A stretch of DNA of 64,000 nt. It comes from Candidatus Bruticola sp. (GTDB taxonomy: Bacteria > Vulcanimicrobiota > Xenobia > Xenobiales > Xenobiaceae). Below, one piece after another: positions 28,547-38,468 of this stretch. Location: positions 34,681-98,680 of the forward strand of contig JBJEGD010000031.1 of NCBI GenBank assembly GCA_051874735.1, read 5' to 3'. Every line of letters begins with the position of its first letter. Position 1 is the stretch's first letter. The translations under genes and the position numbers were made by a program. Under the pieces are notes generated by a model. The model saw only the letters and a program-made list of their open reading frames with translations. It was not told where the DNA came from and did not search any database.

Positions 28547-29484
28547 GGTCTAATAAGCATCAGGGGCGTTTCAGAGGCGAGCCGTCCGATTTGCGATCGA
28601 GTCAGCGCGTCAATAAACGCACTGAAAATAGTGTCGTAGATACTGCTAAGGCTAATCATGAAATTGGAATAAGAAAAGATAGATGTCGCTATTCTGAAGA
28701 GGTTGGCCAAGTTTTGTCAACAGAAGATCGAGCTAAAGAACGTGAAAGGGGTGATCAGGAAGTTATTTATGGTCGTCGTCCGGTCGTAGAAGCTCTGCGC
28801 AGCGGAGTACCTCTACAGCGTCTTTACGTTTTGAAGCAGGCAGTGGGAGTTCCTAAAGAAGTTTTCTCTATTGCTAGAGAAGAGGGCATAGCCGTTGTTC
28901 ACTGCGATCGCACTCGTTTAGATTTTATGTGCAACCACGCTAACCATCAAGGAGTAGCTGCTCTCAAGGCGGCTCGTAACTTCAATACGGTTGAGGAAAT
29001 CATGAGTTGTTGCCTTCATAGTAGTGAGAAGGCCCCATTTTTGTTGATACTTGATGAAGTTCAAGATCCCGGAAATTTTGGGGCTTTGTTGCGCACTGCT
29101 GAGGCTAGTGGGGTTAATGGCGTTATTGTGACTAGCTCTAACTCGTGCAGCTTTACACCAGCTGTCACCAGAGCTAGTGCTGGTGCAGATCAGCATCTTT
29201 TGGTAGCTCGTGTGCCTAAATTGGGAAATCTACTGCGCCAACTGCGCTCTGAAGGATATGCTATTTTAGGGGCAGATTCCAATACCGACTACAACTACAC
29301 TCAGGTTGATTGTCGAGGAGCAGTTGCCGTAGTTATGGGGGCAGAAGGCAAAGGATTGCGACCTAGCGTTAAAGAGTTGTGTACTCAACTAGTAAAGATA
29401 CCCATGTTGGGACGCATTGAATCGCTTAATGTGTCGGTAGCTGGGGGAATTATGATGTACGAAGTTGTTAGGCAGAGGCTGTAA
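28543..29484 (+). CDS. rlmB: 23S rRNA Gm2251 methyltransferase RlmB (SpoU family) with N-terminal extension
   Basis: NHQGV, QDPGNFGALLR, MGAEGKG, ESLNVSVA; ATGA overlap with the cysS stop; cysS-rlmB synteny. Confidence 0.92.
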   Translation: MRSNKHQGRFRGEPSDLRSSQRVNKRTENSVVDTAKANHEIGIRKDRCRYSEEVGQVLSTEDRAKERERGDQEVIYGRRPVVEALRSGVPLQRLYVLKQAVGVPKEVFSIAREEGIAVVHCDRTRLDFMCNHANHQGVAALKAARNFNTVEEIMSCCLHSSEKAPFLLILDEVQDPGNFGALLRTAEASGVNGVIVTSSNSCSFTPAVTRASAGADQHLLVARVPKLGNLLRQLRSEGYAILGADSNTDYNYTQVDCRGAVAVVMGAEGKGLRPSVKELCTQLVKIPMLGRIESLNVSVAGGIMMYEVVRQRL

Positions 29485-30040
29485 AGCAAAAAAAGCGGTC
29501 ATTAAGGCCGCGTTCAATAATTGCCAAAAGCTTGTGTTTGTGCTATTCTTCTTGAGTAAGCTAATCGAAAGAAAATTAAGGGTCACAAGATCCCACACTT
29601 TCTTTCCTTGCCAAAGCTTGGGTTTCCTGCTCTAGCAGAATTAGTTTCGGGTTGATTTTCATATTCTTTCAGTTCTGTTTTGCAGTGGAGGATCTCTGTT
29701 CTTGTAAATTGGTCTTCGTTGTTATCCTAAAAAAGAAAATTATCGAGGGCCAGTTTGTTTGTGTTTTCTTTGTGCTTAAAGGCAGTTGTCAAGCGCATTT
29801 TGCGTTGAGAGGTGAGCTTATTAAGTTCTTAGCCAGATGGGCGCAGAGAAAATGTGGCTTATACTTAGAGTAATTGGGTCAGGGTGGGGCGCCATACAGC
29901 ACAAATCTCCTATAGGCAGAGATTGTGTTGATAGTGTGTTTTCCGCTTAACAGCTCTGCTGTATATCTAGGCCGAACAAGATTGAAGAGATTAGTCCGCA
30001 GCTGCAGAGGCACGTATTGGAAGAACACGAGGTTATTTGA

Positions 30041-30709
30041 ATGCCAAGTACCAACTTGATGTCAGTGCCAAGTACGGTCAGCAATTACAGTGCCAGCTTA
30101 GATGAGCGCCAAGACGAAGAAGTCGTAAAGCTAGCTAAAGATGGCGATGAATACGCAACCGAATATCTTATAACTAAGTACAAAAATTTTGTACGTGTAA
30201 AGGCCAAATCCTACTTTTTAGTGGGTGCCGACCGCGAAGATATTATCCAAGAAGGGATGATTGGCCTGTACAAGTCTATTCGCGATTTCCGCGCTGACAA
30301 ATTATCTTCTTTTAGAGCATTCGCTGAGTTGTGCATAACGAGGCAGATTATTACGGCTATAAAGACTGCCACTCGTCAAAAGCATATCCCTCTGAACTCT
30401 TATGTGTCGTTGAATAAGCCAATCTACGACGAAGATTCCGACCGCACCATGCTGGATGTGCTTTCATCCAACAAGGTGTCCGATCCTGAAGAAGTCTTTA
30501 TCAGCACTGAATTGTCTAGCGATTTAAGGGAAAAGATCAAACAGAACTTGAGCGAGTTAGAATCTCAGGTGCTACAGTCTTATCTCGAGGGTAAATCATA
30601 CCAGGAGATGGCTAAAGAACTTAACCGCCATGTAAAGTCTATCGATAATGCTTTGCAGCGGGTGAAGCGTAAGATCGAGAGAACTTTGAGATCTCCTCTC
30701 AATCATTAG
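30041..30709 (+). CDS. sigH: RNA polymerase sigma factor SigH
   Basis: ADREDIIQEGMIGLYK, RQIITAIKTATRQKHIPLNSYVSL, KSIDNALQRVKRK; located after cysS-rlmB. Confidence 0.95.
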   Translation: MPSTNLMSVPSTVSNYSASLDERQDEEVVKLAKDGDEYATEYLITKYKNFVRVKAKSYFLVGADREDIIQEGMIGLYKSIRDFRADKLSSFRAFAELCITRQIITAIKTATRQKHIPLNSYVSLNKPIYDEDSDRTMLDVLSSNKVSDPEEVFISTELSSDLREKIKQNLSELESQVLQSYLEGKSYQEMAKELNRHVKSIDNALQRVKRKIERTLRSPLNH

Positions 30710-30762
30710 TTAAGCTTAGCAGAGTAGCAAATTTTTTTCGTAGTTCAAATAAGGTACAGTCA

Positions 30763-30803
30763 GAGAGTCGGCTCAGATTTCTAATTCTGGGTCGGCTTTT
30801 TTT
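30763..30803 (+). terminator. Intrinsic terminator after sigH
   Basis: AGTCGGCTCAGA...TCTGGGTCGGCT followed by a T-run. Confidence 0.7.
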
Positions 30804-30826
30804 CTTTATGTTTCTTTTTGCAAAAC

Positions 30827-30855
30827 TTGACAAATTTTTCTTTATTATGTATTAT
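30827..30855 (+). promoter_or_regulatory. Sigma-70 promoter of tRNA-Thr
   Basis: TTGACA-N17-TATTAT. Confidence 0.75.
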
Positions 30856-30878
30856 TGCTCAGGTGAATTTATGGGTAT

Positions 30879-30954
30879 GCCTCAATAGCTCAGTTGGTAG
30901 AGCTCCCGCCTTGTAAGCGGAAGGTCACCGGTTCGAGTCCGGTTCGAGGCTCCA
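30879..30954 (+). tRNA. tRNA-Thr (TGT)
   Basis: Cloverleaf with TAGCTCAGTTGGTAGAGC D-arm, CT-TGT-AA loop, GGTTCGAGTCC T-arm and encoded CCA. Confidence 0.95.
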
Positions 30955-31000
30955 AAAGCGGTCCCTTCGGGAGGGCGTAAGCTTATCTCGGAGGGTTTTT

Positions 31001-31705
31001 TTATTTGTTTGAATTGTGAACTAAGTATATTGCTACTCTTATAATCAGCTCTATCGTACAGCTTATAAAAATAGCTAGGCCTATAGCTCCAGTAATATCG
31101 CTGGGGAAGTGAACTCCGATGTATAGGCGACTCCAGGCTACCAAAGCAGCGTACATAACAGCCCAGATTATTATAATTATTTTGTAAATTGGCCGTAAAG
31201 AAGAGGATAGGGTGGCCATAATAATGGCGAAAGATAGAGCACTGCTGCCAGCTGTATGACCCGAGGGAAAACTAAAATAAGGTTCATTGACTAAAGCGTC
31301 TAGGCCAAAGAACATAGGACGTGGCCTCATAATCAGTAATTTCAGTAAGCTATTGAGGAGACCAGTGCACACCATCGTAGCTATTGTGTGAAATATAGGA
31401 AGCCATTTTCTATTTAAGCCTATAATTAGGCAGCTAGAAACTGCGATCGTAACTAAAGGCTGTCCACTGCCCAGCCAACTCATCCAGAAAGAGATATAGT
31501 TTAGCTGTTCACAGTGTTGGTGTTTTATGATGTTATTAATTAATTGCCAATCTATCCAGGGGGCGAGATTATAAATAAATAGGGAAGTGTCGAAAAGTAG
31601 CAGGCCGATAATCAAGCCTAGAAGTAGCCATTTACTTTCTGGTAAAGGGAGTTTTTTTAGATCGATCTTACACGTATTAGTGTCGTTTTCATTATGAATA
31701 ATCAT
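31001..31705 (-). CDS. PAP2-family membrane phosphatase (possible undecaprenyl pyrophosphate phosphatase)
   Basis: KxxxxRPRP, SFPSGH, SRLYIGVHFPSD. Confidence 0.92.
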   Translation of the reverse strand: MIIHNENDTNTCKIDLKKLPLPESKWLLLGLIIGLLLFDTSLFIYNLAPWIDWQLINNIIKHQHCEQLNYISFWMSWLGSGQPLVTIAVSSCLIIGLNRKWLPIFHTIATMVCTGLLNSLLKLLIMRPRPMFFGLDALVNEPYFSFPSGHTAGSSALSFAIIMATLSSSLRPIYKIIIIIWAVMYAALVAWSRLYIGVHFPSDITGAIGLAIFISCTIELIIRVAIYLVHNSNK

Positions 31706-31863
31706 GAGTATTGGAGATGCTTCTTTATGTTATCTTTATCTTTCAAGATAGAATGTAATATATTGTTTCCAAAACTCAAATAGCTGATTATCCAAATTTA
31801 TACAAATTTATTTGTGGCTAAAAGCTCTTTTAGTAGGTAAATACATTTAGTGAACTGCAGCAA

Positions 31864-33597
31864 TTAAAAATTGAATACTATTATATCGGTAGGTGTATAA
31901 TAAAAGCCTTTAAGGACCGCTGGGCGCGAAGTATTTTGCTCACTTTCCTGATACATGCTGTCAGTGCGCTTTTTTATGATTGGATCGGCAGTATATGAAT
32001 CTGCCTTTTGCTGCCAGGATACAGATTTATCTAAATTTATTTGGGCTATAGAGCCTTCTCTGTAAATTTCACTGAGTTTATACATGGCGGGTATGCAACC
32101 AAGTTTGGCAGAATTTTCCAAATGGTGGAGAGCATTGGCAGAATTTTTTTTAGTACCCAGACCTTTCATCTGGCATATAGCATAATTATAAAGCCCGATA
32201 GGATGATTAAAAGAGGCTGCTATACGGTAATTTTCGCAGGCTGTTTTATAATCTTGACCTCTAGCTATTCCGTAATAGTAGCAATTGCCAGAATTACATA
32301 GACCGTTTAAGCTGCCGTTTTCTCCGGCTTGATTAAATAAATCGGCAGCTGTAGCTTTATTGAGAGGTACAATTTGACCCTCGCTGTAGAGACGCCCCAG
32401 CATATTGGCGGCTTCTCCGTCTTTATTATCGGCGGCTTTTATATAGTATTTGAGCGCTTTCGCTTTATTTTGTTTAACTTTGAGACCTTGCTCATAGTAT
32501 AATCCTAAAACTGTGCCTGCTGTTCCGTTGCCCAGACGCTCAGCCTTTTCGTAATAATTTAAAGCTTTTTTGAAATCGGCTTTAACCCCCAATCCTAAGT
32601 CGAAAAGACGGCCGATGCGCGTTAAGGCGTTACTTTCGCCTAAGGAAGCGCTCTTTTCATAATATTTTATAGCTTGGGAACGGTCTTGCTTCAATCCCAG
32701 ACCAATTTCTGCACAATATCCTAGTTTGTAAAAAGCTTTGGCATTATTTTTAGCTGCAGCTTTTTTATACCAGTTTACAGCTTGAGTTGAATTTTGGGTT
32801 ACGCCGTGGCCTTGGGCATAAAGATCACCCAAATTGACCATAGCTTCACTGTCGTCGGCCTGAGCAGCTTCGTTGTAAAGTTTAAAAGCTTTTTGATAAC
32901 TTTTTTTTGTGCCTTGACCATTTTCAATCATTTCTGCTAAAGCATTTTTGGCTCTAGGATCGCCGAACCCGGCAGCTTTAGATAAATAGGCTATAGCTAG
33001 TCCTAAGTTCTTGTTAACGCCATTGCCAAAGCGGTAGATATTGCCTATCGTCAGCTGAGCTGCTGTGTGGCCCAAGTCAGCGGCCGTTCTATATAGGGTT
33101 ATAGCCGACTTTATGTCTTGTGGGCAGCCCTTAGCATTATATAAACAATCTGCCGCTGTATAAGCCGCCCCTCCGTGTCCTAAAGAAGCCGCTTGGCGCA
33201 GCAGCTGTAAACCTTTGTCGACTTCGTTTTGTTTAATAAATTTTTTGCCTTTTTGATATAATCGTTCCGATTCTGCTGAAGGTTTGGCTGATGCTTGCTT
33301 TTGTGGCAAATCTGTGGCAGATTGAACTGATTCTTTCGTTGAGACAGAGGCTTGGGGGGAAGATATCGAGTCGCCATTAGGAGCAGAAAGTGGCTCCTCA
33401 GCTTGAGCTTCGACCTTATTTGAAGATATTGGGGCTGATTTAGTTTTGGATGTTGGCTGAGAAGATGGGGTGTCAGCTGGAGCACCTGCCTGCACCGGCA
33501 AGATAGTTGCCCCCCAAATTAGACATCCCAAGCAAATTTTTTTCCAGCTAAATTCTATGTTTACGACGCCACAGAGAAATTTGTTTGATAGGTTCAT
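31864..33597 (-). CDS. Exported Sel1-like repeat protein
   Basis: Signal-like N-terminus, S/P-rich linker, then about 10-11 repeats such as AMVNLGDLYAQGHGVTQNSTQAVNWYKKAA. Confidence 0.92.
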   Translation of the reverse strand: MNLSNKFLCGVVNIEFSWKKICLGCLIWGATILPVQAGAPADTPSSQPTSKTKSAPISSNKVEAQAEEPLSAPNGDSISSPQASVSTKESVQSATDLPQKQASAKPSAESERLYQKGKKFIKQNEVDKGLQLLRQAASLGHGGAAYTAADCLYNAKGCPQDIKSAITLYRTAADLGHTAAQLTIGNIYRFGNGVNKNLGLAIAYLSKAAGFGDPRAKNALAEMIENGQGTKKSYQKAFKLYNEAAQADDSEAMVNLGDLYAQGHGVTQNSTQAVNWYKKAAAKNNAKAFYKLGYCAEIGLGLKQDRSQAIKYYEKSASLGESNALTRIGRLFDLGLGVKADFKKALNYYEKAERLGNGTAGTVLGLYYEQGLKVKQNKAKALKYYIKAADNKDGEAANMLGRLYSEGQIVPLNKATAADLFNQAGENGSLNGLCNSGNCYYYGIARGQDYKTACENYRIAASFNHPIGLYNYAICQMKGLGTKKNSANALHHLENSAKLGCIPAMYKLSEIYREGSIAQINLDKSVSWQQKADSYTADPIIKKRTDSMYQESEQNTSRPAVLKGFYYTPTDIIVFNF

Positions 33598-33635
33598 TTC
33601 TTAGCCTCTCTGCACACAATATCTACGTTAATAAA

Positions 33636-33662
33636 ATTCACAATATTGTCTTTCAATCCTTT
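33636..33662 (-). promoter_or_regulatory. Sigma-H-like promoter of the Sel1 gene
   Basis: AAAGGA-N17-GAAT, an exact match to the Bacillus sigma-H consensus. Confidence 0.55.
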
Positions 33663-33749
33663 GCCATGTTTTTGGGAAATTTAGAAACAAGCTAGGTAAG
33701 GTGTCTATCTGATAAAATAATTTTTATTGAGCCTTGCTTTATTAAATAC

Positions 33750-33778
33750 TTGACAAAGTTACATCATTTGAGTAATAT
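33750..33778 (+). promoter_or_regulatory. Sigma-70 promoter of tRNA-Tyr
   Basis: TTGACA-N17-TAATAT. Confidence 0.7.
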
Positions 33779-33790
33779 ACTTGGCGTTAC

Positions 33791-33877
33791 GGGTACGTGG
33801 CAGAGTGGACAATTGCATCAGACTGTAAATCTGACGCGCGACGCGCTACAGAGGTTCGAATCCTTTCGTGCCCACCA
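33791..33877 (+). tRNA. tRNA-Tyr (GTA)
   Basis: TCAGA-CTGTAAA-TCTGA anticodon arm, long variable arm, GGTTCGAATCC, CCA end. Confidence 0.95.
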
Positions 33878-33998
33878 TAAACAGGGAGAAACTCGGTACT
33901 GAATTTATTCAGGCCGAGTTTTTTTTGCTATTATCCTTGACAATTTTTAAATTATCAGATTATTATAGTATTAGTAATTCATAAAGCGAGAAAAAATA

Positions 33999-34832
33999 AT
34001 GATTGGTGCAATTATAGGAGACATTATTGGTTCAATATATGAATGGAAAAACGGTTGTAGCGTAAATTTTAAATTATTTGATCCTAAATGTCGCTTCACC
34101 GACGATTCTGTAATGACTATAGCAGTAGGCCAAGCTATTATGGAATTTTACAAGCAAGGTTTTATTCTCAATTATGAAGGTAAAAAGAAGTTGGCAGATT
34201 TAGCTGTACATTACATGCGCAAAATGGGGAGAACTTACCCCAGAAGTGGTTATGGAGGACGTTTTAAAAGTTGGCTGCGTTGTGACAATCCTCAACCCTA
34301 TAACAGTTTCGGCAATGGTGCGGCCATGAGAATAAGTACTGCCGGGTGGGCCGCTGCTAATTTAAATGAAGCCTTAGAATTGGCGGAAGTAGTAACGGCA
34401 GTAACTCACAATCATCCTGAAGGTATAAAAGGGGCGCAAGCAACGACCGCAGCTATCTTTTTAGCTCGCCAAGGCAAAAACAAGCAAGAAATAAAGGCCT
34501 ACATTAACCAACATTTTTATAATATAAACTTTACTTTAGACGAGCTCCGCCTGCATTATAAAGCCGATGTTACCTGCATGCATACGGTTCCTCTGGCGAT
34601 TGAAGCGTTTATAGAAGCGTCCGATCTTGAAGGGGCGGTGCGCTTAGCTATATCTTTAGGAGGCGATAGTGACACTTTGGCGGCCATTACCGGATCTATA
34701 GCTGAAGCTTTTTATGGTGTGCCAAGCCATATAGAAAACGAAGCTATTAAGTTTTTAGACAACAATTTAAAATCGATTTATGAAGAGTGGTGCTCATTTC
34801 AAAATAAGCGGGCTGAACTACTGCAGAAGTAG
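33999..34832 (+). CDS. ADP-ribosylglycohydrolase family protein (DraG/ARH)
   Basis: GAIIGDIIG, FTDDS, SFGNGAAMR, THNHPEG, GGDSDT. Confidence 0.93.
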   Translation: MIGAIIGDIIGSIYEWKNGCSVNFKLFDPKCRFTDDSVMTIAVGQAIMEFYKQGFILNYEGKKKLADLAVHYMRKMGRTYPRSGYGGRFKSWLRCDNPQPYNSFGNGAAMRISTAGWAAANLNEALELAEVVTAVTHNHPEGIKGAQATTAAIFLARQGKNKQEIKAYINQHFYNINFTLDELRLHYKADVTCMHTVPLAIEAFIEASDLEGAVRLAISLGGDSDTLAAITGSIAEAFYGVPSHIENEAIKFLDNNLKSIYEEWCSFQNKRAELLQK

Positions 34833-34877
34833 AGTTTAGAAAATTATCTAGTGTTCATAGAATTTAGCCGAAATAAC

Positions 34878-34918
34878 AGAAGGATGAGGTTAAAAGCTAC
34901 ATCCCACCTCATCCTTCT
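34878..34918. terminator. Bidirectional terminator-like inverted repeat between convergent genes
   Basis: AGAAGGATGAGGT...ACCTCATCCTTCT. Confidence 0.7.
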
Positions 34919-34948
34919 AAAATTGTAGGCCGATAGAATTAGACAAAA

Positions 34949-35473
34949 CTAATGTTTTATAACGCGTCCTTCGCGTATAGGGTGAGCTTTGGGAGATTCA
35001 GCGGCATAGCCTAAAATGCAGTGGCCTATACCCTCATATCCTTCAGGTACACCTAACCTGCGGAAGATTTCCTGTCCTTCTGCACATTCTGATTCCTCTT
35101 TGGCTCTATTAATCCAGCAGCAGCCTAAACCCAGGGCGTGAGCAGCGGTCATAAGGTTGCCCATAACCAAACTGCCATCATAAACGTGGTTTTTGTTATT
35201 TTTTTCAGCCATAACTACTAGCACTACTGGAGCTCCGTAAAACGGGTCGAAGCCTTCCGCCCAGCCTCCGATTCGGCCATTTAAAGCTGCCAACTGATCG
35301 CGCGTCTCTTTATCCGTTATTTCTATAATAATGGTGGGCTGCTTATTCATAGCGCTAGCAGCGCAGAGGCCGGCCTCAATAATTTCTTCGATTAAATTTT
35401 GGGGAACAGTACGGAGGCTATCGTATCGACGTATACTGCGGCGGCTTTTTAAACTGGCAATGACTTCGTTCAT
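34949..35473 (-). CDS. Nitroreductase family protein
   Basis: SRRSIRRY, A(A)SAMNKQP, PFYGAP, AAHALGLGCCW. Confidence 0.92.
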   Translation of the reverse strand: MNEVIASLKSRRSIRRYDSLRTVPQNLIEEIIEAGLCAASAMNKQPTIIIEITDKETRDQLAALNGRIGGWAEGFDPFYGAPVVLVVMAEKNNKNHVYDGSLVMGNLMTAAHALGLGCCWINRAKEESECAEGQEIFRRLGVPEGYEGIGHCILGYAAESPKAHPIREGRVIKH

Positions 35474-35491
35474 ATTGCTAATCCTTTTCTA

Positions 35492-36028
35492 TTATTTAAG
35501 ATTTTTCCCCATATCATAAGCTTGTTGAGGATATTTAGTAACTTCGATAGCTTCTCTGGTAGGGCAAGAGGGAGCTAAAAGCATACCTGCATCTTGCCAA
35601 TTCATATATTTATTATTAGTTAAATAAGATGCTTTTATGCCGTCGAAGAGCCATTCTGTGCAGTCAGCGGCAGCTACCAAGAGCATAGTCTTTTTAGGCT
35701 GACGCAGTTCTTCATTTATGCGATAATAACGATCAACTATAGCTTTTAATTGAGAGGGGAAATCGTGGTAATACAGAGGAGTAACGTATACTACGGCATC
35801 TGCTTCAATTAATTTCGGAGTCAGTTCATTCATATCATCGTTAAAAGCACAACTTCTGTCTCCTTGCTGACAATGATCGCAGGCAATGCAGAAATGCACC
35901 TTTTTGAAGGAGGCGTCAAAACGGTAGACCTGATGTCCAGCTTCTTGGGCTCCGGCAATAAATCTGTCTGCTAAGAGAGCGGAAGTTCCATGACGATGAG
36001 GGCTGGCACTTATTACGACAATTTTCAT
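35492..36028 (-). CDS. Flavodoxin / iron-sulfur flavoprotein family (NADPH-dependent FMN reductase)
   Basis: ASPHRHGTS, CIACDHC...C, DDM, TPLYY, LKAIVDR. Confidence 0.9.
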   Translation of the reverse strand: MKIVVISASPHRHGTSALLADRFIAGAQEAGHQVYRFDASFKKVHFCIACDHCQQGDRSCAFNDDMNELTPKLIEADAVVYVTPLYYHDFPSQLKAIVDRYYRINEELRQPKKTMLLVAAADCTEWLFDGIKASYLTNNKYMNWQDAGMLLAPSCPTREAIEVTKYPQQAYDMGKNLK

Positions 36029-36150
36029 ATGAATAAGCTCAGTTTTATGTCTGTTGTGCTGTAGATTGTTTGCAGCTTCATAAAACCGTTTCCTTTCTGT
36101 GCAGTTTGATTGACAAAACGATCTGAAGATAATAGATATACTTGTTTAGC

Positions 36151-37248
36151 TTATAAGATATTATCCTGCTTTTGTATTCGCAGCAGATAATGATGGTTAG
36201 GTTCGTTAATTTCAATATTCTGCACTAGTAAATTGGCTGATAAAGCTATTTTTTCAATAGTTTTTGCAGGAGCCATTAATTCAGCACTGTCATAAATGAG
36301 AAGCTCTCCGCCTTTTTTCAAGGAAGAAACTAAATTTTGTAAATATTTAGCTCCTCGTTGGCAACGTTCCGCTTCGCTGTCAGGACTGAATTGATCGTAA
36401 ATGTTGTGAATATCGAATAAGCAAATCAGATCAGCTTCTGCTGGAGCTAGTCCTGTATGTTGGTTCTCAGAACTAATCAAGCGATATTCTATGTGTTGAA
36501 ACTTCGGATCGCGTTTAGATAAATATAAGCAAAAGTTTTTGAGTTCAGGTTCTATATCCACACAGATCAACTTGCCCTTAGGGGTTACGCTTGCTGAAAT
36601 TTGAGCCAATAATAAACCTGCTCCGCCCCCTATATCGGCTACAGTTTTGCCTTGTAAGCGGTTCTGCCAACCTGATGCTTTAATAAGCGATTCTAAAAGT
36701 TCAGCTCGATGGCGGCTAAACATACCCACTTCAATATGATTTACAGCAGAAAATATTCGGCTTTTTCCTAAACGATAATCTCGGCATATGCGCAGTTCCT
36801 GAGCTAAATTGGGACGAGATATTATATAGTCGTAGGCAGCTTGCTGCCAAGGATCGCTGTATGTAGGCAGTTTTTGATGAGTTATTTGCTGCTGCAGAAA
36901 ACGAGCTACATAAGGCAAATGGCCTGGACAATTTCGGCCGACTTTTTCAATAGTTTTTATATCCTGAAGAATTTGTTCGGCAACCTGGTCTTTTTGCTGA
37001 TTGTCTAGCTCAAGATAATTTATAAAGTTATTCTCTGCTTGATTGATAGCTTGAGCTTGTGGATTAGTGCTCTTGAAACGCTCATTGGTACGCTCTTCTA
37101 AATGATTACAGTTCTCAGAAGATGTTTTTGTGACTGTAAATGAAGGAGATTGAGTCACAGATCTAGGTGGTGCAGAACAAGATAATGTTCCACTGAGTAA
37201 AACTGCAGCTAAAAAGGGAAGGCGTAATAAATTTTTGTGATCTTTCAT
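36151..37248 (-). CDS. Putative lipoprotein with C-terminal class I SAM-dependent methyltransferase domain
   Basis: Signal ending GTLS-C (lipobox-like); VADIGGGAG, VDIE, LKKGG. Confidence 0.75.
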   Translation of the reverse strand: MKDHKNLLRLPFLAAVLLSGTLSCSAPPRSVTQSPSFTVTKTSSENCNHLEERTNERFKSTNPQAQAINQAENNFINYLELDNQQKDQVAEQILQDIKTIEKVGRNCPGHLPYVARFLQQQITHQKLPTYSDPWQQAAYDYIISRPNLAQELRICRDYRLGKSRIFSAVNHIEVGMFSRHRAELLESLIKASGWQNRLQGKTVADIGGGAGLLLAQISASVTPKGKLICVDIEPELKNFCLYLSKRDPKFQHIEYRLISSENQHTGLAPAEADLICLFDIHNIYDQFSPDSEAERCQRGAKYLQNLVSSLKKGGELLIYDSAELMAPAKTIEKIALSANLLVQNIEINEPNHHYLLRIQKQDNIL

Positions 37249-38468
37249 ATACGCTCCATGCGGCGGCCTAGCATAAATAGCGGTTCTCCGCTGCGTCTAG
37301 TTAAAAAAACGGTAAGACTATTGGAAGTACGGCAGGTTTTTATTTTTTGTCTAATTGTTTCAGGTTCTACAGCAAAATTACGTTTTTTTATCTCTATTAT
37401 ACCTATTTCCAATTCTTTAATTCGCTTCTGTAGCTTTTTGAGGGAAAATTTATGAATTTCTTCAAGTAGGAAGGCTTCAGCTAAAGGCTCAGAAGTAAAA
37501 TAGTCGCTAACTAGCCAGCTGGTTGAAGGATCGAAGAGGTGGGCTTGGAGTTTGTCGGCATAAGTATGGAGCAAACCTGAACGCAGCAGCACTGGTTCAA
37601 CTTCATAGAGGTATTGCCCCTCTCTTAATTCTCCTACCTCTACTTGGTTATTTTGTTCTAGAGGATGCCGCTCAGTATGCCAAATATTTTCTTTTAAATA
37701 TATTGAAGCTTCTAAAAAAGGATTGTTAGGGAGGTTAAGCCAGAGTACGGCCTCCCGGCATTGGCGGCTAGGTCCTGTAAATTCTAAAGAGGCCGGTTTC
37801 AGTTGCTCCATCATTTCTTTGTTGAAGCTGGGAGATAGTTTTATAGCCGCAGGTATAGCTAAGCGGCGCAGTAGGTCCACAACTTGTGGCAGAGGTGGCA
37901 AAGTTTCCAGGGGATTGTAGATACGCCTGTCATTTTGACGTCGGGCTGGATCACTGAAAGCTGCTGCCGCTTCGGGAAGCTGATCATGCATATAATCAGC
38001 TTGTAAAGTATAAATAGGAAAAGGCAGCTGCAGACGTGCAGCGTTTACTTCTAAAATGTCCAGTCTTTCTCTATCTAAATCAACGGCAATTACTGGACGA
38101 AAATGAGCCATAGCTAAGGCGTCGCCGCCGATGCCGCATCCTAAATCGAGGAAGGGGGCTTCCGAGAGGGAGGCCGCTTGGTGAAGTTTTTGGGCTCTAT
38201 GCATAGCTAAGGGCCATGAGGTCGCTTGTTCTAAAGCTTTCTCTTCATAAAACATGTTGGCGGCCATAGGAGCAGGAAACTTATTGGCCCCTTTGCCTCT
38301 CAATTTAACCTGATTTAGCAGTAGCGAGGTCTCATTGCTGTTAAAGCGGCGGCGCAATTTTTTGATAATTTTAAGTTCATCAGGACCATCGATTTTTTGC
38401 TGAGCCAATTCAGATAATACAGTTTGAATTTCTGCCTGGCAGAGAAATTGTAATTGCTGTTTGTCCAT
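37245..38468 (-). CDS. Class I SAM-dependent methyltransferase with THUMP-like C-terminal domain
   Basis: LEQATS, DLGCGIGGD, DPARR, IKLSP, EIKKR. Confidence 0.85.
   Translation of the reverse strand: MDKQQLQFLCQAEIQTVLSELAQQKIDGPDELKIIKKLRRRFNSNETSLLLNQVKLRGKGANKFPAPMAANMFYEEKALEQATSWPLAMHRAQKLHQAASLSEAPFLDLGCGIGGDALAMAHFRPVIAVDLDRERLDILEVNAARLQLPFPIYTLQADYMHDQLPEAAAAFSDPARRQNDRRIYNPLETLPPLPQVVDLLRRLAIPAAIKLSPSFNKEMMEQLKPASLEFTGPSRQCREAVLWLNLPNNPFLEASIYLKENIWHTERHPLEQNNQVEVGELREGQYLYEVEPVLLRSGLLHTYADKLQAHLFDPSTSWLVSDYFTSEPLAEAFLLEEIHKFSLKKLQKRIKELEIGIIEIKKRNFAVEPETIRQKIKTCRTSNSLTVFLTRRSGEPLFMLGRRMERI

Noticed and set aside
29389-29873. Short ORFs in the rlmB-sigH gap
   Set aside because: They have no SD or recognisable motif, and no NYN/YacP similarity is visible.
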